DNA of 62,910 nucleotides, counting the filler, from Octopus bimaculoides (taxonomy: Eukaryota), in the NCBI RefSeq assembly GCF_001194135.2. It is 6 parts of 5 records of this genome, joined end to end, with 100 filler letters (N's around TTAATTAATTAA, not from the genome) between each part and the next. Parts side by side here need not be neighbours in the genome. Positions count along the whole stretch, not along the records: positions 21,563 to 38,938 come from NC_068990.1; 5 more parts are not named here. One strand, 5' to 3'. Within the stretch, counting starts at the first letter, position 1. Each line of letters starts with the position of its first letter. Both the position numbers and the translations under genes were made by a program. Of the stretch, positions 23,247-36,759 are shown piece after piece. The notes under the pieces were generated by a model, which saw only the letters and a program-made list of their open reading frames with translations, searched no databases and was not told the DNA's origin.

Positions 23247-25551
23247 NNNNNNNNNNNNNNNNNNNNNNNNNNNNNNNNNNNNNNNNNNNNNNNNNNNNNN
23301 NNNNNNNNNNNNNNNNNNNNNNNNNNNNNNNNNNNNNNNNNNNNNNNNNNNNNNNNNNNNNNNNNNNNNNNNNNNNNNNNNNNNNNNNNNNNNNNNNNNN
23401 NNNNNNNNNNNNNNNNNNNNNNNNNNNNNNNNNNNNNNNNNNNNNNNNNNNNNNNNNNNNNNNNNNNNNNNNNNNNNNNNNNNNNNNNNNNNNNNNNNNN
23501 NNNNNNNNNNNNNNNNNNNNNNNNNNNNNNNNNNNNNNNNNNNNNNNNNNNNNNNNNNNNNNNNNNNNNNNNNNNNNNNNNNNNNNNNNNNNNNNNNNNN
23601 NNNNNNNNNNNNNNNNNNNNNNNNNNNNNNNNNNNNNNNNNNNNNNNNNNNNNNNNNNNNNNNNNNNNNNNNNNNNNNNNNNNNNNNNNNNNNNNNNNNN
23701 NNNNNNNNNNNNNNNNNNNNNNNNNNNNNNNNNNNNNNNNNNNNNNNNNNNNNNNNNNNNNNNNNNNNNNNNNTATATATATATATATATTTATATATAT
23801 ACGACGGGCGTCTTTCGGTTTTCGTCTACTAAATTCACTCACAAGGTTTTGGTCGGTCCGTGGCAATAGTAGAAGACACTTGCTCAAGGTGCCACGCAAT
23901 GGAACTGAACCTTGAACCATGCGACACTTCAATGGTAGTGGTGGTAGTAGAGTGTTATAATGGTGGCGGTGATGGGGTGGTCGTGAAGTGACTTTGGCAT
24001 CAGCAACAACAACAACAATAATAATCGTCTATATGATCGCCCATTGTACTAAAATTAGCACCCAAAAATTCCTGAAATCATTTCAAACATCTTTAGAAAA
24101 TAGGAAAGACATATTAGATAATGTAGCCCTTGATACACTATGTATCTAATAAAACGACAGGATAGTTAGGACTAGAATGTCCTCTTTTTAAACAGAACTG
24201 ACCTGGAAACTGACCAGCAACAGCAACACATACGCTACGTTGTCACACATATATACACACACACAAATACATAAGACAGACACATCCATCCATCTTCACT
24301 GAGTTTCAATAACTCTGTAGAAGTTGAGACACCAACTGTATAAATTCGAAAGCCATTTAGATTTCTATCTTAATATTTATATAATTGTATCAAGTCGGTA
24401 GTTGGCAGAATTGGTTTAATGATGGACAAAATAACTTGAGCTATGTAGTTAAGTTTTTATCTGTACCCGAGTTCAAATCGGGCCAACATTATCTTTGGTT
24501 TTGATCCTGGGATCGATACAGTCAAGTACTGAGGTCCATATCATCGACTATATTTCTATCCATAAATTTATTTCTATGTTCTCGTCTGTTTTTAATTATC
24601 TGAAGTCTTCTTGTAACGAAGGGACTAGCATCTAATATACATACAAAGCTTCATCGATGTAATGTAGATAACAAAATCAATTGTTATACTTTGAATGGGA
24701 GAAAAGTCTTGAATATGCTTACTGTTCCGCTTACAGATTATATTTATAATGTGTATGTTAGCTGATTGAGTTCTTATGTATATATGTTATCTGACATTGA
24801 AATAAACAGTCCATCGAGAGTATGATATCAAAAGTGTCACCGCAAAGAATAGCCAGAGGTAACCATTGTATCAGCCACTCTAACTTGTAGGTGAGAAGAC
24901 TACACTTCAATTTGACGAAGGAGCGCTGTAGCAGTGCATTACCCTAGAAACCCAAAGTTCTCACCAGTGAGTAATGCGGTAGGGAATTTGTGCGTCAATG
25001 ATTGAAATTAGTCATCTTCTGCTCCTCTGCGTTGCTGGCGGCAGCTCTCTCAATTATGATCAAAATAAAAAAGCCAGCACTGGCGAATGTTTTGCATATA
25101 GCGTCCCAAATGAACGACTAACAGGAAGAGGATCAATCTGCCCGGGCGTTTGCCGTCCCTGTGGTCGACGCCAACAAGTTCCAGTTGTGATAGGAATCTG
25201 TCGGCGTTGAGACATCATCTAATAGACAAGTCATTACCATGAATTATCTGAATAATGTCTATCGTCAAAGTTGGGATACTCTCCATCAAAAGTTGACTCA
25301 GCCCGAGTTCACCTGAGGCTAAAAAATAATAACTACCCTGCTGCAGCCCACACCGCCATAACCAGTAGCAACAACAGCAACAACACAATTTCATTAAAAA
25401 CGAGTATAAATTCATTCATAGGCTGGAACAATTGAATCTCTCACACACAGATTATATGTGTGTGTATGTGTGTGTGTTGTAAACAGAATATATTATGCAT
25501 ATATATTGCATGTAGACAAACATATATATATGTATATATGTGTGTGTGTGT

Positions 25552-25601
<50 letters not shown>

Positions 25602-25655
25602 NNNNNNNNNNNNNNNNNNNNNNNNNNNNNNNNNNNNNNNNNNNNNNNNNNNNNN

Positions 25656-25698
<43 letters not shown>

Positions 25699-27522
25699 CA
25701 CGACAAGCTTCTTCAGTTTCCGTCTACTAAATCCATTCACAAGGCTTTATTCGGTCGAGGCAATAATAGAAGACACTTGCCCAAAGTGCCACGCAGTGGG
25801 ACTCAACCCAGAACCATGTGGTTGTATATGTATATATATATATAATTATTCATTTTCTTATTTGTGAGCTTCGAGCAGTAACTCCAAAGATTTTTACCTA
25901 CCTATCCTCTTTTATCTGTAACATTGGAGAGAGAACTTTCAGGATATAAACTTATTTTTAGAGAATTACTATGAATTTTCGTTCTCTTGGTTTTCCAGTT
26001 TCTCTACTTATTTCATATATTATTATGCTTATCATTTTATAAATGATTTGATGCCTTTTGCAAGCATCTGTCCATCTTTTATTTTATTGTACTATATATA
26101 TTTATATACAAATGTGCATACATACATGTCCGTACACACACATACATGCACATATACAAAGTCATGCACGCATTCGTACCTACATACGTTCTGCCAACTT
26201 ACTCCCCATGTTGCAGGGTCGCTTTCAGTAACACCTATTACAGTGTAGGGACATTAATAAAGATCATTCGTCTATTTGTTCTATCAGTCATTCACACGAT
26301 TCTTTCTTTGCTGATTATGGTTAGTCATCCATTGTGTACCATGTAGTCTCCATAGTAACGAGCGAGTGGATTGATCTGATCTGCTGTTGTCGACCGAATT
26401 TTCAATAGCAAAAATTGAAACAAGGAAACTCATTAGCGACATCTTGTGTCATTGTGGTGAGTATCGATTTGAATTCATTAGAAATGCTGTCGATGAATGC
26501 TGTCAAGGTAAGAGATACAGGTCGATATCAAGGTAGAATGCAGGTGGCTGCTGATGACGTTCATATAACATCGTTTAAGATCCTTTCCCTTACACACGCC
26601 TATCATCATTGTCATCACTACTATTACTGGTTCTTTGTGTCTTTGTTAATTCGTATCAGTAATTTCGAACTAAACCGTGACGTCTGATCATAAAACATTA
26701 AGACATGTTATGCAAAATAAATATGTACTCATTATTGTTATTGGCGGCGTCAGAAAGGGCTGTCGGTGGGCGCAAGCTCTAACATACGCTTGACTACTAA
26801 AGGCCTTGGATTATCTAGCTGGCAGAATCGTTGGCATGCCGGACAAAATATTTAGTGGTATTTCCCTTGACTCTTTACGTCCTGTGTTCAAATTCTGCCG
26901 AGGTCAGCTTTGCCTTTCATCCTTCGGGGTCGACAAAATATGTATTAGTTAAGCACTGGAGTCGATCTAATCGGCTTCCTTTTCCCCTCAAAATTGTAGG
27001 TCTTGTACCAAAATTAGAAAGAATGATTAAGTTTTGCCATGCGACAAAAGTCTAAAGGCTGCCTTGTCATATTTATCCCGGCTTTCGCGTATTGATTTAA
27101 AATCCCGCCGAGGTCAAATTTGCATTTCATCTTTTCGTGATCAATAAAATAAAGTACTAGTTAAATACTGTGGTCAGCGTAATCAACTAGCTACTCCCCT
27201 CAAAACTGCTGACCTCGTGTCTACACCAGAAACATTTTTTTTTTCCTGATTTAGGCACAAAGTCAGCTATTCTGACGATTTGCTGCCTTTCGACTATCGT
27301 TTCTCATCGAAAGTCTAATGATAGTAGATTGGCAGAATCGTTAGAGCGGTCTATACAATGCCATGCCATATTTGCTTCAGGTCTTGCTGTCTGAGTTCAA
27401 ATCCCACCGAATTCAACTTTGCAATTTATCATTTAGGTGTCGTTCGTCAAATCTAATGATGTAAATAAGGAAGGATGAAAGTCTATAACTGATCTAAAAC
27501 CTCGTCAGGTCCAATATATATG

Positions 27523-27584
<62 letters not shown>

Positions 27585-28300
27585 CATACAGAGAGAGAGA
27601 GAGAGAGAGAAAGTCTGAGGAAATGAGCGATTGTCTGCTTCGGTAAAAATGCAGTTAAAAAAGAGATCAAAATATAAAAGATCATGCGTCTTAAAGAGAG
27701 ATGGGTCTACCATTTGAAAGAGGAAACCTTGCTTCTGATAATTCTATGGTAGTTAACCTAATTGCTGCAGTTAAACCACTTGATATATTTTTCCTAACTT
27801 GCAAAATTTGACTTTGTGAATGAAAACTAAAGTAAAGAAAAAAATGCGTTGCAGATGCACGTATTCAATGTTCCACATGAACGTATGTAGCGTTCTACAT
27901 TCTGAATTGAAATCGAAACAGGATCGAATTAGTCTTCCACTTCTCTAGGTTTGATATAACAAGTCGATTTAATCAATTTCACTGCCCACAAATATCAGTC
28001 TAACAAATCGATGTTTTCATTTCGAAAGCTAAAATGTGTCAGTCAATTAACAATAAACATTTCCAAGGAATTGGGGAATTAATACAAAACCAAATAGCGG
28101 TTTGTTTTATCATTTATCTTTTACTTGTTTCAGTCATTGGACTGCGGCCATGTTAGGACACCACCCTGAAGGGTTTTAGTTGAACAAATCGACCCAAGTA
28201 CTTTTTTTTTTTAAAGTCTAATACTTATTCTATCGGTCTACAAACCAACACCAGTTGTCAAGCAGTTGGGGAACAAACACAGACTCAAAGGCACACACAA

Positions 28301-28339
<39 letters not shown>

Positions 28340-29380
28340 CGTGTGTGTGTGTATGTGTGTGTGCGCGCGCGCGCGTGTATGTATGTATGTATGTATGTAT
28401 ATATGTATATATGTATGTGTGTGTGTACGACGGGATTCCATAGAGTTTCCGTCTACTAAATTACTAAATCCACTCACAAGGTCGGGAGAAGGCATTTGAC
28501 CAAGGTGCCACGCCGTGAGACTGAGCCCGATGATATATGGCTGCAAAGCAAGCTTCTTAAGCGCTTCTTTACTGTTTTTTTACAATGACGAAAGGAGGTT
28601 GTGGTTGTATAAGCCCATGTCAAATATCGTTTGACATGATCAGAGACATTTCAACCGTGATCATTTTGTCTTTTCACATTATCTGATGTGACTTTGTTTT
28701 AGACTGAGAGATATGATTTGAAGGTAATTTGGTTACCGTTTCTACTAGACTGCGTGATCTACTAAGCATTACAACTCCAGATATGTTCATGGTATTCACC
28801 TTCATGTGTGTAGTTGTGACCGCTTAAGAACAAATCTCGACATCAGTTTCACATTTGATTTCCTCAGTCCACAGCGTCAATAAAATAAGTTTCAATTCAA
28901 ATACTGGAGTTTATTAAAGTGACTATTATACTCTGTTCCATAACAACTAAAAGTATTGACAGGCATGTAGCCGCGTGCCAAATATTTCTAACATTGGCAT
29001 AAATAAGCCCATAAATTTGTACGGCAGTAATATATTCGCTTGATTGTTTCTCCAGGATATTAGTGGCAGGGTAGTTAATCGGCAGAATTAGGGTGTTGGA
29101 CAATATCTCGGAGTAATTTTTTCGGCCCTTTACGTTCTGATTGCAAACCCCACCGACATAAATATAGTCTTCTATCTTTTACCCCTTCGGGGTCCAATAA
29201 ATAAAGTACCAGTCTAGGGCGATGAATTAGTGGAATCATTTGAGTGCCAGATTTTTGTTCTGGCTCTTTGTAATCTGAATTCCGGTCTTTTCTATGATGG
29301 CTGGTCGGACATAGTGGGATTTGATAACCACAGGCAGCATAACAGTGATACATATTTAACCCGCTGAAAGCAGATGAGAG

Positions 29381-29412
<32 letters not shown>

Positions 29413-30352
29413 AATGCAATGATGGTGGTGGCAGGTTGGGCGATTGGTAGAATCGTTATAGCGCCGGACAAACGGATTGCAATAGTAGCTGCATTTCTTT
29501 GCTCTTTCTGATTTCAAACCTCACCTAAGTTTACTTTGACTTTCGTACAACTGAAGTCGATAAATAACGAAAGTGACTCTTCTCCCTCTCTTCTCTCCCC
29601 CCCCTCTCTCTCTCTCCTCTCTCTCTCTCCCTCTCTCTCTATCTCTATCTCAGAATCGACTACACTGCACCATGAGGAGCAACTCAGAGTATCCTTTTTG
29701 TTCAAGGAATGAGAAATAGTTGAACTTAGAACGAACAACCATTTCTTAATTTGCATGCAACAGAAACAGTCCATAGAGACCAGGGAACATGACGGCTATG
29801 AATGAATCGATGCGTTGTATGATACGCAATGTTAACTTAAGGACGCTTCTTTTGTAATCTCATATAAACGAATTGCAACGTTAACTTCAGAGGGATTTGA
29901 ACTAAAAAAAACATTGGGGTACATAACACTCACGTATTTCTGGTCTAGTACCTTCTGTCAAGACGGTCAAATGTGTCACCCGCTTCTCTTCCCGGGTGCA
30001 TAGTTTTCCTGTTCAGCTTTGTTAGTCCTAAGTTCTTTTACTCTATTAGTTTCTTTCCACGAACCTCTCTTTAGAACCCACTACCGTTGTCTTTTCCCCC
30101 TCTGGTCTGTGATATTCAACCTTTAAAAATTTTGTCAGTCGACATCTTTTGAATTTGTGGTCTCTTACGCCACAAGGGCCTCAAGCCTTGCTTGGGTCAA
30201 AATTTTATATATATATATAATCCAGCAGATTCTTTTTTGTGTGTTACGAAACAAGCTTCAGTTCTGTTTTATGTTTAAAAATATATACATTTGTTATTTT
30301 ATATTTTGACCTAAATATTTATTTATTTTAACCTTTCAGATAGAGACAAAAC

Positions 30353-30594
30353 ATGGCGACCAAAGAATCTCCAGTTTCTCCCGAGGAGAAAAAACCAGAC
30401 GAAAATGCCGAAGTGAATAAAGTATTTAAGGAGTTTGTTCGTGTTTCGTCGGTTGGCAAAAAATTGACACCAGATGAACTAAAGCAAATGAACTGCAAAG
30501 CCTGCGGGAAGCTTGTTCGTAAGACCCTACCGAAGGAAGTGCAAACATTTGCTGACGCCTGTGTCTTTCCAAAATACAAAGAAAAGGGGAAACA
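30353..30594 (+). CDS. TPPP: TPPP/p25alpha-family protein, coding exon 1
   Basis: Acceptor tttcAG at 30338-30339 precedes the ATG, implying an upstream UTR exon. Donor GTGAGT at 30595, phase 2. MATKESPVSPEEK...VFKEF...MNCKACGKL...VFPKYKEKGKQ is a divergent p25alpha N-terminal half. Confidence 0.8.
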
Positions 30595-30788
30595 GTGAGT
30601 AAATGCTTTCATGCTTTCATATATAGTAAATATTATTACGTGTAATCCGTTCGTGGGTGGTAGCGAGGAATAGACCTCATACACTGTGATTGTGAAACAC
30701 AACTTGTTTCTTTTGTAACATAAAACTTGGAGTCTGCATATACACCTTTGAACTCTACGTACTTTTTCACACACACACACACGCACGG

Positions 30789-30824
<36 letters not shown>

Positions 30825-31739
30825 TATTTGATCTAATAATCAGCTGGAATAAAAACTGGTTGGAACCCTGATGGGTTTCAAGCGCGATGTGAATGATCGT
30901 ACTTGATGAAATCCAAAGTTCCAACCAGTTTTAGTTCCGGCTAACGGAACCAGATCAATTATTTATACTTTCCTCTCGGGATTGAGTACTCTTTCTTTTG
31001 TGCAATATCATTTACACACAGGTATCTACATATATGCATATATTGAAATATATTTCCTTTCTTACATATTATATTAGTCTTTTAAAACAATACCCATCCG
31101 GGTAGATCGCCAGTTTATCTTTGGTGACATTCACTACTGAATGAGATGGAACGTATCGATGACAGCTGATTGAACTCTGACAATGTAATGTACTGTATAT
31201 TGTCCTGTCCAGAAACACATCGAACTCATGAGTTCTAAGCTTGATAGTCTTCTAGTTGGTCCGATAGCTTAATCACTTGATCGCTTTGTTTCTATCTTAT
31301 TCATGTACTGATAGTAATAACAATATGAATTACTTGAATAAGTATCTCCCATGTACCACCACCACCAACACAACCACCACCACCAACACAACCACCACCA
31401 CCAACACAACCATCACCACCACCACTACCATAGCAATGTTGAGAACATACGTGGACAGTTACTCCTCTACTTCACACGTATACACACGTATACACACGGG
31501 CGCGCGTACATAATCACAACAGTCCAAGAACAGGCGATGTTTTAAGAAAATACGAAAATTGAAATCTTGAAATAGGGATGCAATTATGAGAATATTCAAT
31601 TTTCAAAAAAATATGTAAAATCTCTTTCTTTCTCTCTCCCTCCTTCCCTCTCTCTTCTCTCTCTCTCTCTCTCTCGCTTGCTCTGTCTGTCACTCTGTCA
31701 CTTTTTCTCCCTCTTTCATTTGTTCTATATCTATTTTAC

Positions 31740-32350
31740 GCGCTATCATGCTTTACTGAATCCTTAAGATCTTTGAGAACAGTGCTTATTTCTGATTCCA
31801 GTGGTTCTGATTCTAGTCCAAAAACCTCCTGTCTATTCACTGCCTGAAAAGGCAGTGAATAGACAGGAGGTTTTGGGATTAGAGATTGGAGTGCGTTTGT
31901 GAGCGATTTCGTGTTAATTAGTCGAGAGATCATTCTGTAGATGTGGTCTAGGATATGTGTGTACGTAGAAGCCCGCCCCAGATATAGGACAGTACTTCTC
32001 TCTGAGTCTCAAATGTGGTTCACAGAAAGCTAGTCGTTGTTTGGGTTTAGCCTTTGTGCTGTTCATAGTGGGGAAGAGTGACGTTCTCTTGATAAGTACA
32101 GTGATTGGATCTTTGGCCGGTTGAAGGAGACAAAATTAGCATGGCACATTTGAGAATGTTTTTGAGATCTCTGTTCCTAATAACAGTCTTGATTTGGCGT
32201 GTGGTGTATGGGTGATATATTGGTGCGGAAAATTAGGGAGAGCAGGGTGGTATGACCTGCATAGGCGTAGAAGTCCTTTGAGGTGACGATAAATAGGTCG
32301 TTGAAATACTGGAAGAAGAATGACAGTAACAAAATCAAACTCTGAGGGCA
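31740..32350 (-). mobile_element. Very decayed LINE-like fragment (possible APE endonuclease/RT linker) in TPPP intron 1
   Basis: Short open stretches LDHIYRMISR and ESEISTVLKDLK resemble the APE end and RT start. Weak. Confidence 0.3.
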
Positions 32351-32575
32351 CATCAGAATTGAGATGTGAATGTGAGAGGGAAAAGGAGAGAAACAAACAG
32401 AAAGATAGAGCGAGAGAGAGAGCGGGGTAGAGTTCCACCCGTATACATCATGAAACTAGTCATAGAGCAGATTTGTCTGCTCGATACGGTCGAAAGCTTT
32501 GCTGATATCGTTGGCATCGATGGCAACCAAATATCGCAAGAGTTCATTGTGAGTGGTGTGTGATATAAGAGAGAG

Positions 32576-33200
32576 CTGGTCGTCAGCAGATTGTGACTTT
32601 ACCGAAGCAGTACTAGTATGCCTGTAACAAAGTGAGATGAAGTGTCTTGCTTAAGGATAGAATGGTTTAGGGGTTGAACCCGTAAACGTTTGCTCATGAG
32701 CCGAACATTGGGCCTCGTACTTTGATACACACACACACAAGCACACAGTCACACACATTATTTCACGTTACTTCAGTTCACTCAGCAGGAAAAAATGAGT
32801 AGTACCTGTATTTCAAAGGCCCAGCCTTGTCATATTCTGTGTTAATCTCCCTAAGAACTACGTTAAGGGTAGCGTGTCTGTGAAGTGTTTAACTACTTGC
32901 AGGTTGATCGGACCAGCTGGAACACTCGTCGTCGTAACCGACGGAGTGCAAGTTATGTATGTATGTATGTATGTATGTATGTATGTATGTATGTATGTAT
33001 GTATGTATGTATGTTTGCATGTATGTACGTACGTACGTATGTATGTATGTATGTATGTATGTGTTTTTGTGGGTGTCTACAGCTGCAATTAGCGTGATAT
33101 ATGTTACCAACAATACTCGCTCGCAAATGACAAGTGGCTATATTATACATCTAAACCTACACTGAAGAACACATGCACGCGAGCGCAATACGTGCGCGCG

Positions 33201-33263
<63 letters not shown>

Positions 33264-33637
33264 GATTTTCTTATAAACACATGGAGCAGTGACAGTCAAG
33301 ATAACTGTGTACATTTACATATAATTCACTTCTGTACATTAGAACGTGGAAGATATTCGATGCGAGCCTCTTGTCTCGGAGTAAGATTTCTCCTTATAGA
33401 CGTGTGTAAAAACACATCAAACCGAGATCTGAATGAATTTAGTGAACTGTCGGGCACATTTTTCAGCATGATTTCACCCTTTAATTGACATGCATCGTTT
33501 CTGTCATTCATAGACGCATCGGTACTACTATTTCTGTATCTAAAATGCTTCTGCTGCTGTGTGCAAGACACTTCATCTCACTTTGTTACAGGCATACTAG
33601 TACTGCTTCTGTAAAGTCACAATCTGCTGACGACCAG
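32576..33637. repeat. 75-bp inverted repeat pair separated by about 910 nt in TPPP intron 1
   Basis: 32576-32650 is the reverse complement of 33563-33637 with one mismatch. Confidence 0.9.
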
Positions 33638-33795
33638 TACACACCTTTATTCTGAGCGTAGCTACTTCGTGTACCCATGATAAATTAATTACACCTTAAT
33701 AAAGACTTAGTACATATCAATAAATGCATTTTTTGCTGATTTTACATAGAGGAACAGGAATTCGGACAGGGCTATGAACGACAGGAACGGTGTCT

Positions 33796-33836
33796 GTCAG
33801 TGAAGAGGCAAAATCATGTCGAAACACGCGTCTGAC
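33796..33836 (+). ncRNA. Variant minimal hammerhead-like motif (C3 replaced by G)
   Basis: gtca-GTGAAGA-ggca(aaatca)tgtc-GAAAC-acgc-GTC-tgac: 4-bp stem I, 4-bp stem II, palindromic ACGCGT stem III. Confidence 0.45.
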
Positions 33837-34562
33837 TAACCGATGACGTCATTGCAACCTGGTTTGGAGTGTGTTAAACATAAATGTACATACCATTATA
33901 TATTTGTGTGCATGAGTGTGTATGTGTGTGAGAGAGAGAGGGGGAGGGAGAGAGAGAAACAGACACACACACAGACAGAATGAGAGCGGTGTATAAAAGA
34001 TAATCCAGGAGGTCGGAAAAGTTCAGTTGGAAGGATTCCACGACGATGGGAAAACGATTTGGTCAAGCAATTTAGGTCAAGATGGAAAAGAATGGCGCAA
34101 ACAAGAGAGTACTTGAAACGCATTGTGACCAGCGATGTGTAACAACATCTGATGGCCTGGTCAATACTGTAATACTGTGATACAGTGATGTCATATAATA
34201 TATGCTAACAAGAGTGCCCAAAAGATCCAGGAAGGTTGTCTCCCTTGCCACCTACACCCACAAGCCTGCTTCTTCCACATCCGGTCATTTCAACATGCAG
34301 CGACAGTCTAATTGAGACATGCTTGTTCTTTTCTCTCTATTTTTTTCTCTCCTCAAAACATTAAAGACTACTTTTCAATCTTCCTGAGCATCAATCTGAT
34401 ACACCCTGTTTTTTCTTTTACCCCGTTCTCGTATACTTTTTCTACTTTGTACCATATATAATATATATATAATAAAGAAAATCGTGCTCCAGAGGACAAG
34501 CAAAGGCTGTCATAATGTAATGTTTCTTACATATTCATTTTCCTCTCGCCTCTCTTTTGCAG

Positions 34563-34731
34563 ATACATGCATATTTCAAAGTTCCCTTTATTCATCGCTG
34601 ATTGCGCCTATGAATATGCCAAAGTGAAGACAAAGAATACGAAACTGAGCCGAGAGGATGAAAGTGTGGAGAAGTACACCAATGAATTTCGTGAGTTAAT
34701 CAAGAAAGGAACTCCCGGAGTTAAAGAAATT
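34563..34731 (+). CDS. TPPP: TPPP/p25alpha-family protein, coding exon 2
   Basis: Pyrimidine tract plus gcAG at 34561-34562; donor GTACGT at 34732; phase 2/0, consistent with both neighbours. YMHISKFPLFIADCAYEYAKVK...FRELIKKGTPGVKEI. Confidence 0.8.
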
Positions 34732-34847
34732 GTACGTAACCAAGCAATGAGTTTCTGTTATTCTTTCAATTAATACTGCCGACTGTTTGGCCAACTTCAT
34801 ATTTTTAGAATTAGTAACAGGGTTAATTTTAAACATAAGATGTGGTA

Positions 34848-34878
<31 letters not shown>

Positions 34879-36759
34879 CTGTATGTATGTATATGCACAT
34901 ACACAGATAATATACATATACATGCATACATACATTTACATACATGCAGACATATTTGTGTAAACCTATAATCAAAAGCATTCCAAATTTGACCATCGCT
35001 ATATATAGGACTATATTATTCTTTCCTTACTTAAAGGGAAATGATTCCATTTCTTTTTATTAATTTTATTGCAATGTCGATAGAGAAAGAAACTTGCTTG
35101 CGGTGCAGATCATGGCTTTGACTGTTTGTTTGAGAAACCATGAAGGCTAACAGATGCATCACGCTGTTGCCATATGTTACTCAACGCCAGTATATCAGCC
35201 CTCAATATCAAGGCTACCATGGAAGTTCGAAATCACCTCATCATTTTAGCCTTGCTAATTTTAGCGAGCAATGTTCAGAGAAAGCAGTGTGACTCAACCG
35301 TAGCAACCTGAAACAACTAAAGTATAGCTTTCGATAATATAGCGTCATAGCGTCCCACTCTACTACCCATCCGACTTCCTGTTATTCCTCTTCTTTTTTT
35401 TGTTACCACTTATGGGCAGTGCTGTTGAAATCCCCCCGCGGTATTTGGAAGAGCGACAACGTAACAGTTTCAGAAATATGGCCTTAATGAAATAATTAAG
35501 ATGAAGTGTATAAATATACAATAGTCATTTAAGTATTTCATATTGATTACCTAAATATTAATTATTGGTTTGAAATTTTGGCACAAGGCCAACAATTTCG
35601 GGTTTGGGGCTAAGTCGATTAGATAGATCCCAGTGTTCAACTGGAACTTATTTTATCGACCAGAAAGGATGAAAGGCAAAGTCGACTTCGACAGAATTTA
35701 AACTCGGGATGTAAAGACGGACGAAATGCCGCTAAACATTTCGCCCGGGGTGCTTAATGATTCAGCCAGTTCGCTTTCTAATCTATCTGAATATTAATTA
35801 TTAGAAATATTTTCAGTATTATATTAATTATCAATACATATTGACTTTGGAACATTTAACATCTCTCAGTCGCAATGTCTCCCTTATGCTGACATGAAAA
35901 GTAAAGTTTGTTACTCAACGCCAAACACTTGCAGCAGAAGGAAGACCCCCATGGATTGGTAAGCACCAGGAATAGCAGTCTTTGTTATCAGTGTGACGGC
36001 ACCAGCGAATCCAAAGTCCCAATCTTCATTGAAGTAACAATGTTACTAATTTAATCATATAAACATCAGGTACAAAGAAAATAAGAATTCATACTGTTCA
36101 TGTCTTTCTCAAGAATCTTAGCAGTTTAAGTGAAATAAAATTATTGTAAGCTAAAATCGAAAGCGGGTGCCAGAAATAATTCGACAAAAACTTACTTATA
36201 TACCTGTTGACCAACAGCACTCAGTAACTGGAACAAATTGTTACATTGATGATTTGTGTATAAAAATACAAAGAGTAGAGTAGGCGCCGAGCTAAAACGT
36301 TTAAACAAGCAATCGAATCACTAGCTTATGGTTTCAAATTTCACTCAAGTCCTATGCTGCGCCATCGAACAATGCATGGCTTTCTGCTTTGCTAAAAATT
36401 GTTCCCATTTCCATTTTGATTCCTTGGTCGCTTACACCAAAGAAAAACAATCAGGAATGAGAGTGCTGTTTTTTATCAATTATTTTTGTACATCCTGGAT
36501 GACAAAGATTTCGTACTTTTGTGAAGGTGAGCAAATGACATTAAAAGATGAACATAGCTTTTTTCATTATATTAAGAGAATAATCTTGAAGTAAAATCAT
36601 TGAGAAATGAATGAAATTACGTGTAATTATGTATGTTTTCTTTTAAAATATTTTACAGCTCAACTCTTTCCAATAGATCTTTTCCCTTTGTGTCCCTACA
36701 TTTTACAAATCTTTGTCTTTTCAAAGTTTTGATTGATATATTAATATTTGTCTTTGCAG

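Noticed and set aside
24800-27900. Repeat-free stretches searched for ELMOD N-terminal or TPPP UTR exons
   Set aside because: Only short open frames without recognisable homology; cannot be supported without transcript data.
34691-34696. Alternative GTGAGT donor in TPPP exon 2
   Set aside because: It gives phase 1, out of frame with exon 3; the donor at 34732 restores the p25alpha alignment.
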